This document shows, one piece after another, positions 49,181 to 57,779 of a stretch of DNA of 64,000 nt. A model generated the notes under the pieces. That model ran no database searches. It worked only from the letters and a program-made list of their open reading frames with translations, and was not told the DNA's origin. Position 1 is the first letter of the stretch. Every line of letters starts with the position of its first letter. A program made the position numbers and the translations under genes. Origin of the DNA: Pseudomonadota bacterium (GTDB taxonomy: Bacteria > Pseudomonadota > Gammaproteobacteria > Burkholderiales > Eutrophovitaceae); NCBI GenBank assembly GCA_027624715.1, contig JAQBTV010000001.1:75752-139751 (forward strand). The letters run 5' to 3'.

Positions 49181-49301
49181 AAAGTAATTCTTATTAAAAA
49201 AAATAGCTGTACGGCTATTTTTCAGCCAAGCCGTTAAGCTATATTAACGATATAAACTGAAAAAAATATTTTTTAAGAATTAACCTAAGAGGATAGTTAG
49301 C

Positions 49302-50879
49302 ATGATATTTCGCAGCCCACATGCAGACGTGTCTGCCCCAAGAATAAATGTCGCGGACTTTGTTCTTGGTGACATATCAGCGCACGAGAATAAAACTGCG
49401 ATCATACAAGCGGAGACCAGTCGAAAAATCAGCTATCGGGAATTGTCCGAATCCATCTACCGACTCGCAGCTGGATTGCAGGCGGGCGGATTTAAGAAGG
49501 GTGATGTCCTTGCTATATATAGTCCAAACGTACCTGAATACGTCGTCATCTTTCTTGCTGTCCTAAAATTAGGTGGAATATGCACGACCGTTAACCCACT
49601 ATACACGGCGGATGAATTAGCCAAACAACTCATTGATGCAAAAGCAAAACTAATTGTTACAGTACCTGATTTTTTGGATAAGGCAGAGACGGCCATACAG
49701 AAACATCAAGTAGATGAACTCATTGTGATCGGTGAAGCACGAGGTTACCGGAGACTTGAGGAATTAATGCAGTCTGGCATTGCGGTAATTGCACCCGAGA
49801 TCTCCGCAGAAAATGACGTCTGTGCACTCCCGTACTCGAGTGGCACCACGGGCCTACCAAAGGGCGTTATGCTTACTCACTACAACCTTATAATGAACAT
49901 GCGGCAAGCTGAAGGCATGACAAGCCATAATGCGATCGGCGAACAGGATACGGTGCTCGGGGTACTACCATTTTTCCATATTTACGGAATGGTTGTTATC
50001 ATGCTCTACTCGCTCTACAGGCGAGGAACAATTGTTTGTATGTCGCGCTTCGATATGGAGGTTTTTCTAGCTGCCATTGAAACTTACAAAGTGACCATAA
50101 CACCCATAGTCCCACCGATAGTATTAGGCTTAGCAAAACATCCCGCAGTAGAACGATACGATTTATCCAGCCTTAAGCTTATTCTCTCCGGAGCAGCCCC
50201 TTTAGGTGCAGGAGTCGCCATGGAAGCCGCGGCAAGAGTTAGATGTAATATTCTTCAAGGCTATGGCATGACTGAAGCAAGTCCCGTTACGCATTTACTC
50301 CCCAATCAAGGTACCGCAAAAAAAATAGGGTCGATTGGGCTACCCGTACCCAACACGGAGGTCATGATTGTTGATCCACAAACAAGAGAGTCCCTTTCCA
50401 ATAATCAAAATGGTGAGATATGGATTCGTGGTCCGCAGATTATGAAAGGTTATCTAAATAGACCAGAGGCCACCGCAGAAAGCATTACAAAAGAGGGTTG
50501 GTACCGAACTGGGGATATTGGGTATGTCGACGATGAAGGTTTTTTCTATGCAGTTGATCGCATCAAGGAACTGATTAAATATAAGGGCATGCAGGTAGCG
50601 CCTGCTGAGCTTGAAGCACTCCTACTCACACACCCTGCAGTATCTGACGCAGCAGTGATCCCTGTTGCAGACGAGGAAGCCGGGGAACTACCCAAAGCAG
50701 TAGTCGTTATAAAAAAAGGGCTGTCTGTGAGCGCGGAAGAAATTATGGGATTTGTATCTCAGCGCGTCGCTCCGCATAAGAAAATCAGAATTGTCGAGTT
50801 CGTGGAACAAATTCCAAAGTCGGCATCTGGGAAAATACTAAGACGCGTACTAATACAAAAAGAACGAGAGAAGAATTAA
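49302..50879 (+). CDS. AMP-dependent acyl-CoA ligase (4-coumarate/long-chain fatty acid CoA ligase-like)
   Basis: 525 aa with the AMP-binding signature LPYSSGTTGLPKGV, plus YGMTE, GWYRTGD and the C-terminal PKSASGKILRR. Confidence 0.9.
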   Translation: MIFRSPHADVSAPRINVADFVLGDISAHENKTAIIQAETSRKISYRELSESIYRLAAGLQAGGFKKGDVLAIYSPNVPEYVVIFLAVLKLGGICTTVNPLYTADELAKQLIDAKAKLIVTVPDFLDKAETAIQKHQVDELIVIGEARGYRRLEELMQSGIAVIAPEISAENDVCALPYSSGTTGLPKGVMLTHYNLIMNMRQAEGMTSHNAIGEQDTVLGVLPFFHIYGMVVIMLYSLYRRGTIVCMSRFDMEVFLAAIETYKVTITPIVPPIVLGLAKHPAVERYDLSSLKLILSGAAPLGAGVAMEAAARVRCNILQGYGMTEASPVTHLLPNQGTAKKIGSIGLPVPNTEVMIVDPQTRESLSNNQNGEIWIRGPQIMKGYLNRPEATAESITKEGWYRTGDIGYVDDEGFFYAVDRIKELIKYKGMQVAPAELEALLLTHPAVSDAAVIPVADEEAGELPKAVVVIKKGLSVSAEEIMGFVSQRVAPHKKIRIVEFVEQIPKSASGKILRRVLIQKEREKN

Positions 50880-50885
50880 CAAAAA

Positions 50886-50920
50886 AGAACGATGCGCCAT
50901 TCGAAATGATCCATCGCTCT
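50886..50920. terminator. bidirectional hairpin between convergent genes
   Basis: AGAACGATG (50886-50894) pairs with CATCGCTCT (50912-50920), with one G-U pair on the minus-strand RNA. The hairpin is flanked by A and T runs on both sides. The loop is long (17 nt), so the call is weak. Confidence 0.4.
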
Positions 50921-50937
50921 AATTTTTAACAAAATGA

Positions 50938-51270
50938 CTATCCAAGCCTTTTCGGTAATGGATAGAAGTCTACTGGCTTCATCAGCTTATTTGTTTGATG
51001 CTCTAGCGCACCAAGCTTAGCGCTTTCTTCTATGTACTTCAGCCAATCCGGATCGGCAAACAATAGAGCTCTTTTCTTCTCTCTATCGCCAGCATTCTCA
51101 TAAATCCACAAATGAACATACTCGTTAGGATTACCACTCTCGCATTGCAAGTAAGCAAGCGGTTGTCCGAGATACTTCGTTTGAGCAGGCTTCCCTAATT
51201 TTTCATACAAAGCCAGATGCTTCTTTATGGAACCAGGCCTACATCGATAAGTTCTCATATCAATCAACAT
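50938..51270 (-). CDS. NIPSNAP-family protein
   Basis: 110 aa starting at MLIDMRTYRCRPGS. AAGGAG lies 7 nt upstream of this ATG, so the TTG extension in the ORF track is rejected. Confidence 0.75.
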   Translation of the reverse strand: MLIDMRTYRCRPGSIKKHLALYEKLGKPAQTKYLGQPLAYLQCESGNPNEYVHLWIYENAGDREKKRALLFADPDWLKYIEESAKLGALEHQTNKLMKPVDFYPLPKRLG

Positions 51271-51302
51271 TTTATTCTCCTTTATCAATGTTATGCGCCG
51301 AA

Positions 51303-51980
51303 TTATTTCTTAATCTCAAGAAGGTTAACTTCGAAGATTAACGTAGCACCAGCACCGATTTTCGGGGGCGCTCCTCGATCACCATAAGCGGTATTAGCGG
51401 GGCAAATCAACTTCGCCTTTCCTCCAACCTTTATCTTTTGAAGCCCTTCAGTCCAACACTTTATGACACCACTCAGAGGAAATGTTACCGGTTCGCCGCG
51501 AACGAGAGAACTATCAAACACAGTTCCATCAATCAAGCTTCCTTCGTAATGAACCACTACCGTATCACTTGCGGTCGGAAAATTACCCGCACCTTCCTCT
51601 ACCATTTTCACAAGCGCACCAGATTCAGTTTTTACGAACGAATCATCTGATTCAAATTGCTTTAGGTATGACGCAGATGCGGATGCTTCTTTCGCGGCAA
51701 CTTTTGCAGAACGCTCTGATACCATTTCATTGATCCTCGCTTCATAGGTCTTCATATCCACCTTTGCATCCAACCCCGATATGCCGTCCCTCATCCCTTG
51801 AACAATAGGAGCCAACTCTTCCTCACTCAAAGCAAAAGGTTGCAATTGATTACTGATAATCATACCTATTGCATATAGGGTTTTTTGATCTTCAGTCTCA
51901 AGCGAAATATCCGCCGTTACAGCGTCCTGCGAACACGCCGAAGTCATCAGTAATAGCGCCACAAAAAAAGTATTTTTCAT
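51303..51980 (-). CDS. FKBP-type peptidyl-prolyl isomerase lipoprotein (FklB/FkpA-like)
   Basis: 225 aa with a lipobox (LLMTSAC), an N-terminal dimerisation helix region and a C-terminal FKBP domain (VHYEGSLIDGTVFDSS, LIFEVNLLE). Confidence 0.9.
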   Translation of the reverse strand: MKNTFFVALLLMTSACSQDAVTADISLETEDQKTLYAIGMIISNQLQPFALSEEELAPIVQGMRDGISGLDAKVDMKTYEARINEMVSERSAKVAAKEASASASYLKQFESDDSFVKTESGALVKMVEEGAGNFPTASDTVVVHYEGSLIDGTVFDSSLVRGEPVTFPLSGVIKCWTEGLQKIKVGGKAKLICPANTAYGDRGAPPKIGAGATLIFEVNLLEIKK

Positions 51981-52108
51981 TTAGCCTCTTTCATAAATAT
52001 TGAGTGAGCAATAGTAATCGAATCCGCAAGAAAAATCGATTTCATTTCCATATCATCAGGTGATATATGTCATGCTCGCTACTTTTATGGACATCTTGAA
52101 CCATAAGA

Positions 52109-52138
52109 TTCAAAGCTACGCTGCAATCTAGCTATAGT
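52109..52138 (+). promoter_or_regulatory. promoter-like hexamers in front of the tRNA stump
   Basis: TTCAAA (52109-52114), 18-nt spacer, TATAGT (52133-52138), ending 9 nt before G52148. Confidence 0.35.
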
Positions 52139-52147
52139 ATCTGTATT

Positions 52148-52174
52148 GGCACTTTAGCTCAGTTGGTTAGAGCA
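52148..52174 (+). pseudogene. tRNA gene stump (acceptor 5' strand plus complete D-arm only)
   Basis: GGCACTT-TA-GCTC-AGTTGGTTA-GAGC-A is a canonical tRNA 5' third. The following bases cannot form an anticodon stem, and no T-arm or AAGTGCC acceptor complement follows. The stop codon of the next gene lies at 52181. Confidence 0.6.
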
Positions 52175-52180
52175 ATGGTA

Positions 52181-53254
52181 TCAGTCCGAACCGCCCAGAA
52201 CAGCATGCCCTCCGACATTCCATCGCAGCATACCACCCGATAGATTAGCGAGTTTTGTAAAACCCAGCTCCTGAAGATGGAGGATAGCTTGAGCTGATCG
52301 TGCTCCGGACCGGCAAACAGTAACGATTGGCATACCTCGGTTCAATTCTCCAAGCCGGCCCACCAGTTGATTTAGCGGTATTAATTTTGCTCCCGGAATC
52401 CGGCCTAATGGCCCTTCAAACTCAGCCAATTCTCGGACATCTATAATCTGCACTGTCGCCAGTATCTCCTCGAGAGTTGGAGGTGCTATCTGCCAAATCC
52501 CTGAAAAACTATACGTGAGATTTGCCCAGTCTTGAGTATTCAATTTAGGAGTGTTGCCATCCGGTTGGCCACAATTTAAATTCGCCGGCACAGCACGATT
52601 AATCTGGCCGGGATGCAGTAACTTCAAGTTCTCCATATACCCCAAGAAATCTTGAAGATTAATTTCTCCTCCTAATCTTGGATTGAAACGCTTTTCCTCC
52701 AAGACACGTGACACGGTCATTCCTCGATAATCGTGCCCAGGATAAATCAAACATTCATCTGGAAGGGTAAAAATTTGCTCGTGAATCGACTGGAACATCA
52801 TTTTCGGGTTTCCCTCCTGGAAATCCGTCCTTCCTGTCCCCCGGATTAATAGACAATCTCCAGTGAAAGCCATGGATTGATCATCGAGAACTAAAGTGAT
52901 GCATCCGTTCGTATGCCCAGGTGTCTCACGCACATCCAACTTCCTACCACCGAAAGTAATTACATCGTTCTGCTTCACGTATCTCCCGGCACCACGAACA
53001 CCCCCATTCGCTGAAACCACGATTTCACTGCTAAGGCTATTGTGGAGCAGCCATGCCCCGGTAACGTGGTCAGCATGCACATGGGTCTCAACGGTAGCGA
53101 TGAGATCAAGATCCATCTCCTTTATCATCGCCTGGTCTCGCATGACCTGCTCGAATACAGGGTCAATCAAGAGACACTCTCTAGATTCAGCATCACCCAA
53201 AAGATACGTGTACGTAGACGACTGTTGGTCGATCAATTGACGGAAGATCAGCAC
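52181..53254 (-). CDS. persulfide dioxygenase (ETHE1-like MBL fold) fused to a C-terminal rhodanese domain
   Basis: 357 aa with N-terminus MLIFRQLIDQQSSTYTYLLGD, HVHADHVTG and GHTNGC. The C-terminal rhodanese domain has the active-site loop VCRSGARS. Confidence 0.85.
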   Translation of the reverse strand: MLIFRQLIDQQSSTYTYLLGDAESRECLLIDPVFEQVMRDQAMIKEMDLDLIATVETHVHADHVTGAWLLHNSLSSEIVVSANGGVRGAGRYVKQNDVITFGGRKLDVRETPGHTNGCITLVLDDQSMAFTGDCLLIRGTGRTDFQEGNPKMMFQSIHEQIFTLPDECLIYPGHDYRGMTVSRVLEEKRFNPRLGGEINLQDFLGYMENLKLLHPGQINRAVPANLNCGQPDGNTPKLNTQDWANLTYSFSGIWQIAPPTLEEILATVQIIDVRELAEFEGPLGRIPGAKLIPLNQLVGRLGELNRGMPIVTVCRSGARSAQAILHLQELGFTKLANLSGGMLRWNVGGHAVLGGSD

Positions 53255-53390
53255 TGCTGTTGTCCAGTTTATTAAATTAGGATAACGACTATATTCTGAT
53301 CATAGCTTTTTTGTATTCACCTCGTAAACAATCCTGAAAATACTCGTATCACTCCCACTAATTGGGGTTCTCAATCGGACACAAACTCAT

Positions 53391-54368
53391 CTATGCGGTT
53401 AAGCATTTTTTTAATAGAGATCGCATTAGGACTGCCCCCTCTACCACCTGATCGCATTGACGAAGGATATCTTTTGAATCTGCAGAATAGCTGGCAAGCA
53501 CCATTAAAATATCAAGCACATTCCAGGATGAATTACGCTCCCTACTGCCTATGCCTTCATCACATTCAAATTCACTTTCAAGAACTTGTTGAGTCTTTCT
53601 ACCCCACATACGCCGCACAGATCCTGCCAGCCAGGCTTGTAGTGCCTCTCTAGCAATCCTTTGACGTGTCCAATCGACCAAATGAAGACAATCTTCACGA
53701 GCTAAGTCAATAGCTTTTCTAAACGTAGGCAGGATATTTTCCTCTCTTGCCGGGATCCGATGGGCAAGACTTGCATTGAGTTGTGACACCCCGACTGAAT
53801 AAGATGCCCCCGTTCCCTCTTGGAACCATCGAGCAAGAAGGCGGAGCCCTCCTCGACTCAAACAATTATGAAAAACAACCTGGAGCCTAAAGGGATCCAT
53901 ACTCCCTGGATCAAAGTCATAAAGGCTTGGCAACGAAACCACCAATGACATTTGTGCTCCGTAAGACCCATATTTCACCGACACTTCCACTTCATCCGGA
54001 TTAATTCTTAAAGTCACTAAAGCATGCTCGATCGCATTAACAACATGCTCATGTGAAATAAACTGACGTCCACGCGCCATGTCAACAATTGGGGCCCCTC
54101 TTCTCGACTGAGGGTAATGATTTGACCGATATAAAATATCGCGAGTTACTAATTTATCCCTGCTTACAGATAGACCGTCAGAAGAGCGGCTATTTATGTC
54201 CATAATTCTCGTAAAGCGTGGCAGCGTACCATTTAATTCCCGTAACTTACCGGTTATGCCCACATTACGTTTCGATACCGATTGATCAATACGATCTCTA
54301 ATTACTGAAATACTACGTTGTAATTTAGGACTCGATGTGCTGTTAAGAAAAAAACTGAGCTGTTCCAT
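53391..54368 (-). CDS. hypothetical cytoplasmic protein, no family recognised
   Basis: 325-aa ORF (326 aa from the GTG at 54371) with a GGGGG Shine-Dalgarno-like run just upstream. No signal peptide or TM segment. Co-oriented with, and 121 bp downstream of, the WYL regulator gene. Confidence 0.7.
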   Translation of the reverse strand: MEQLSFFLNSTSSPKLQRSISVIRDRIDQSVSKRNVGITGKLRELNGTLPRFTRIMDINSRSSDGLSVSRDKLVTRDILYRSNHYPQSRRGAPIVDMARGRQFISHEHVVNAIEHALVTLRINPDEVEVSVKYGSYGAQMSLVVSLPSLYDFDPGSMDPFRLQVVFHNCLSRGGLRLLARWFQEGTGASYSVGVSQLNASLAHRIPAREENILPTFRKAIDLAREDCLHLVDWTRQRIAREALQAWLAGSVRRMWGRKTQQVLESEFECDEGIGSRERNSSWNVLDILMVLASYSADSKDILRQCDQVVEGAVLMRSLLKKCLTA

Positions 54369-54443
54369 CACTAACCCCCGTTGTAACTAATAATCTTGGA
54401 AGTAGTTTGCAGCCAGCACTGGCTCACCAGATGAGCCTAGACC

Positions 54444-54488
54444 AATAAATATTGAAAATATTTATTTTTAATAATTTATATAAATCAA
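54444..54488 (-). promoter_or_regulatory. perfect 10-bp-arm palindrome overlapping promoter-like hexamers upstream of the orphan gene
   Basis: AATAAATATT (54444-54453), GAA spacer, AATATTTATT (54457-54466). On the minus strand, TTGATT (54488-54483), an 18-nt spacer and TAAATA (54464-54459) place a -10-like box inside one arm. Confidence 0.4.
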
Positions 54489-54492
54489 TGAC

Positions 54493-55464
54493 TTATTCGT
54501 AAATAGCCAACATTTCAGACACTTTTTCTCTAATCATTTGGCGCAATGAAGCAGGCTCAATCACCTCAACATCAGGACCAAATCTAAGGATATCCATTAT
54601 GAGTTCAGGTTGTTCAGCATATGGTATTTCTAAAATAAAATAACCCTCGTCATCAAAATAAGTCCGTTGAGATGGATGCCATTCCTCAAGAGAAACCCAC
54701 TTAGCACGCTCAGGACCAAATCGAAGTTTAGCCCACAGAAGATCAGTGCCAGAAAAAATGCCATATCCTGATCCAAGCACAGCATCTAATATTTTTTCAT
54801 CGCATTGAATAGCCGCTTCATCCTTCAGTTTCGCGGAACGTACCGCATCTAACGAAAAGCTACGTACTGCATTCACAGAATGACACCACGCATCTAAATA
54901 CCAATTATCTCTGTAGTACACGATGCGCTGAGGTGAAACAGATCGCAGTGTAACCTCCTCTCTTGAGCGCACGTAGTATGCAAGTACAAGTTGTGACCGT
55001 TGCATCAAAGACAATGCAATCACTTCAAAATGCTTAATACTTCGACTGCGAGAGCCCATATTGAGGATTTTGATACGGTTCTTTATGGCGTCCACTGAGT
55101 ACTCACCAACCTCAATGAGGTCGCACAATTTTTGCTTCAACGGATCAAGTCGCGGACCGAGCAAACCTGGTTGAATTTGACTCAACAAAGCCTCCATTGA
55201 GAGTAAGGCAAGAATCTCTGATTGATTAAACCAAATCCCAGGTAACTCATAGGACACCACGTCGGCAATCTCTTGATCAAAAATATAACCGCGATGAGTA
55301 CGATCCCAACTAATGGGGGCGTTGAGCCGATCCCTCATATACTCGATATCACGCTTAAACGTTGCCTTTGACACCGAAAGCTCTTCAAGGAATCGCCCTA
55401 GCGGAACCGATCTATTATCACGAAGCAATCGATCAATTTTATAAAATCGCTCTGTTCGTTCCAA
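54493..55464 (-). CDS. HTH-WYL-WCX transcriptional regulator (YafY/BrxR/CapW-like architecture)
   Basis: 323 aa with an N-terminal winged HTH (LEELSVSKATFKRDIEYMRDRL), the WYL signature YYRDNWYLDAWC and a C-terminal extension of about 90 aa. Confidence 0.9.
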   Translation of the reverse strand: MERTERFYKIDRLLRDNRSVPLGRFLEELSVSKATFKRDIEYMRDRLNAPISWDRTHRGYIFDQEIADVVSYELPGIWFNQSEILALLSMEALLSQIQPGLLGPRLDPLKQKLCDLIEVGEYSVDAIKNRIKILNMGSRSRSIKHFEVIALSLMQRSQLVLAYYVRSREEVTLRSVSPQRIVYYRDNWYLDAWCHSVNAVRSFSLDAVRSAKLKDEAAIQCDEKILDAVLGSGYGIFSGTDLLWAKLRFGPERAKWVSLEEWHPSQRTYFDDEGYFILEIPYAEQPELIMDILRFGPDVEVIEPASLRQMIREKVSEMLAIYE

Positions 55465-55524
55465 TGCCTATCACCCTAGAAATATAACTCAACAGTCGTT
55501 GGAGGCTTATTATTCAACATTGTC

Positions 55525-57651
55525 TCAACGGTCGAACAGATTGAATATTTCTTTTTTCCTCAACATCTCCGACAAAATAACTGGTGTACCTTGATTTTCC
55601 GGATAAAACACATAAACAGGTACGCCTGATCTACCAAAAGAAGTTAATGACGCAGTAATCGCCGCGTCTCTAGATGTCCAATCAGCTCTAAAAGTTATCA
55701 CTTTATTTTTCTTAAACGCGGACACGACTTCCTGGTCATCAAGCACCAATGCCTTATTCACTTGACAGGTGATACACCACGCTGCCGTGTAATCAACGAA
55801 CACCGCGCGGCCCTCCTCACGAGCACTCGCCACCCCTGCCGATGACCAAGATTTCCAATCTGTTTGAAGAACTTCTCGATTAATCTTTTGATCCAATGCA
55901 GTCACAACGTTAATTAAGCCTGCGAGTGAGACCAAGAGACTGGTCGCAATTAGGGCCTTCCAAGGACCTATACGAGAGATCCTTCGATACTGCAGCTTAC
56001 CAATGGCCCAAACTGATAACCCAATAAAAACCAAAACGACGAGAACTTTAGAGACATTGTGAATGGTTGTTTGCTGACCTAACACCCAAATCAACCAAAT
56101 GACAGTCAAATACAAAGGCACACTCAACAGGTTCTTTAAGGTATTCATCCATACACCTGGCTTTGGTAGCCAAGCAGCAAGACCAGGTCTCAACGAAATG
56201 ATTACATACGGCGTTGCCATCCCGATTCCAAGCGCTAAAAAAGTAAGCATACTCGGTGCGGCCCCTTGTGCAATTGAAAAACCCATTGCAGCACCCATAA
56301 AAGGGGCTGTACATGGCGTTGCAATAATAGTTACGAGAGCCCCCGATAGAAGGGAAGACCAACGGCCAAATGACCCCTTGATTCCACCAACGCGCTGCAA
56401 GCTGGTACCGATCTCAAATAAACCGGACATATTCAACGCGAGCACAAAGAACAAAACTATTAACCCTAAAACCATTTCGGGAGCTTGTAATTGAAAACCC
56501 CAACCAACCTGCTCCCCGGCCGACCTCATAACCAATAGAGCTCCACCTATCAAACAAAACGTTAAAACAACGCCACAGGAAAATAAAACCGTATCACGAT
56601 AACGCGCTGATACGGAGCGCTCTTCTTGCTCGATCAATTCTATTAACTTAACTGCCACGACAGGAAGCACGCACGGCATTAAATTTAAGATCATCCCACC
56701 CATCAAGGCAAAACAAATCGCTAACCAAAGGCTGGAGATAGATTGAGTCCCCAAAGAATAAATTGGAGATTGAAGCGCTAAAAATTCCTTTGGAGTGCGA
56801 CGTAGGTCGTAACTTAAAATCTTGCCACTCGCTTTATCCGTTACCGCCAAAACACCCTCGAACGAAGTTTTCGAGCTCGTATAGTCAGGCGACAAACGTC
56901 CACGCAAATGCATACCTGATGCGGCCGAAACTAGGGTCTGCGGGGCCTGATATACGATGACATTACTTTTTGCAGGAAAAAACTCCGCCGAAATAACAGT
57001 AGACTCCAGGCGGCTTAAATCAAGACTCCATTGTCCCTCTTGACTCACCGTTACATCAAACCAGTCCTCGGGCGCTTCTCTCGGCATTTCTTTCAGGGCT
57101 CTTTCAATATCACTCGCATCCGCTGTGGATATCGCTAAATCCCCTACCTGAAGGTCCATGAATAGCTCAGCCTCTCCAGGAATACACAAGTCTTTACAAA
57201 CAAGCCAAGACACCTTTGCCGAGAAGGGATGCTGGCCAGGTAGTGCGTGTTCAGCGACTTTGAGTTGGAAGGGAAAGATAACCGTACGGCCGTACCCAAA
57301 ATTGACAAAATTCTCAAGTTTGAAGCGACTGGGAGTTGGCCATAACATGGGCCCTACGACAAATGTACTGGGAAGCACCCAATCAACGTGGGTGGGTAGG
57401 CCTGTATCACCTGGATTTTTCCAATAAATGTGCCAGTCTTCCTCAAGCGCTACACGGATACCGAGGTATAACTCCTGACCTGGAGAAACCCGAACGAATT
57501 GCGTAATGAGATCGAGCTCAGCCTGCTGAGTGGATGCGCCACTTCGATCAGCCGCATACGCCGGATAAAACACCGACAAGATAACCACAACGAGCCAAAC
57601 AATGGCAAAAATGTTAATTTTTGATCGCATTGCCAGCAGTATAGTCGACAA
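55525..57651 (-). CDS. dsbD: DsbD/ScsB-family transmembrane protein-disulfide reductase
   Basis: 708 aa. The long periplasmic N-domain has HIYWKNPGDTGLPT and WLVCKDLCIP. The membrane core has the Cys motifs MPCVLPV and TPCTAPF. The C-terminal thioredoxin domain has WCITC. Confidence 0.88.
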   Translation of the reverse strand: MSTILLAMRSKINIFAIVWLVVVILSVFYPAYAADRSGASTQQAELDLITQFVRVSPGQELYLGIRVALEEDWHIYWKNPGDTGLPTHVDWVLPSTFVVGPMLWPTPSRFKLENFVNFGYGRTVIFPFQLKVAEHALPGQHPFSAKVSWLVCKDLCIPGEAELFMDLQVGDLAISTADASDIERALKEMPREAPEDWFDVTVSQEGQWSLDLSRLESTVISAEFFPAKSNVIVYQAPQTLVSAASGMHLRGRLSPDYTSSKTSFEGVLAVTDKASGKILSYDLRRTPKEFLALQSPIYSLGTQSISSLWLAICFALMGGMILNLMPCVLPVVAVKLIELIEQEERSVSARYRDTVLFSCGVVLTFCLIGGALLVMRSAGEQVGWGFQLQAPEMVLGLIVLFFVLALNMSGLFEIGTSLQRVGGIKGSFGRWSSLLSGALVTIIATPCTAPFMGAAMGFSIAQGAAPSMLTFLALGIGMATPYVIISLRPGLAAWLPKPGVWMNTLKNLLSVPLYLTVIWLIWVLGQQTTIHNVSKVLVVLVFIGLSVWAIGKLQYRRISRIGPWKALIATSLLVSLAGLINVVTALDQKINREVLQTDWKSWSSAGVASAREEGRAVFVDYTAAWCITCQVNKALVLDDQEVVSAFKKNKVITFRADWTSRDAAITASLTSFGRSGVPVYVFYPENQGTPVILSEMLRKKEIFNLFDR

Positions 57652-57779
57652 CCTGTGTCCCGTATTTTAAAGGTCTGAGACTCATGATCAGCGTATCAAT
57701 TAAATCTCAGGCGTTTACAAACCAATCAGCTAAAAAATCAATCAATGCTGGTTTGAGTTGGATCTTACGTTGCCGTAAT

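Noticed and set aside
52148-52230. Complete tRNA gene overlapping the end of the dioxygenase-rhodanese gene
   Set aside because: After the D-arm, the candidate anticodon stem ATGGT/CGAAC cannot pair. No T-arm (GTTCRA) or complementary acceptor strand is present within 90 nt.
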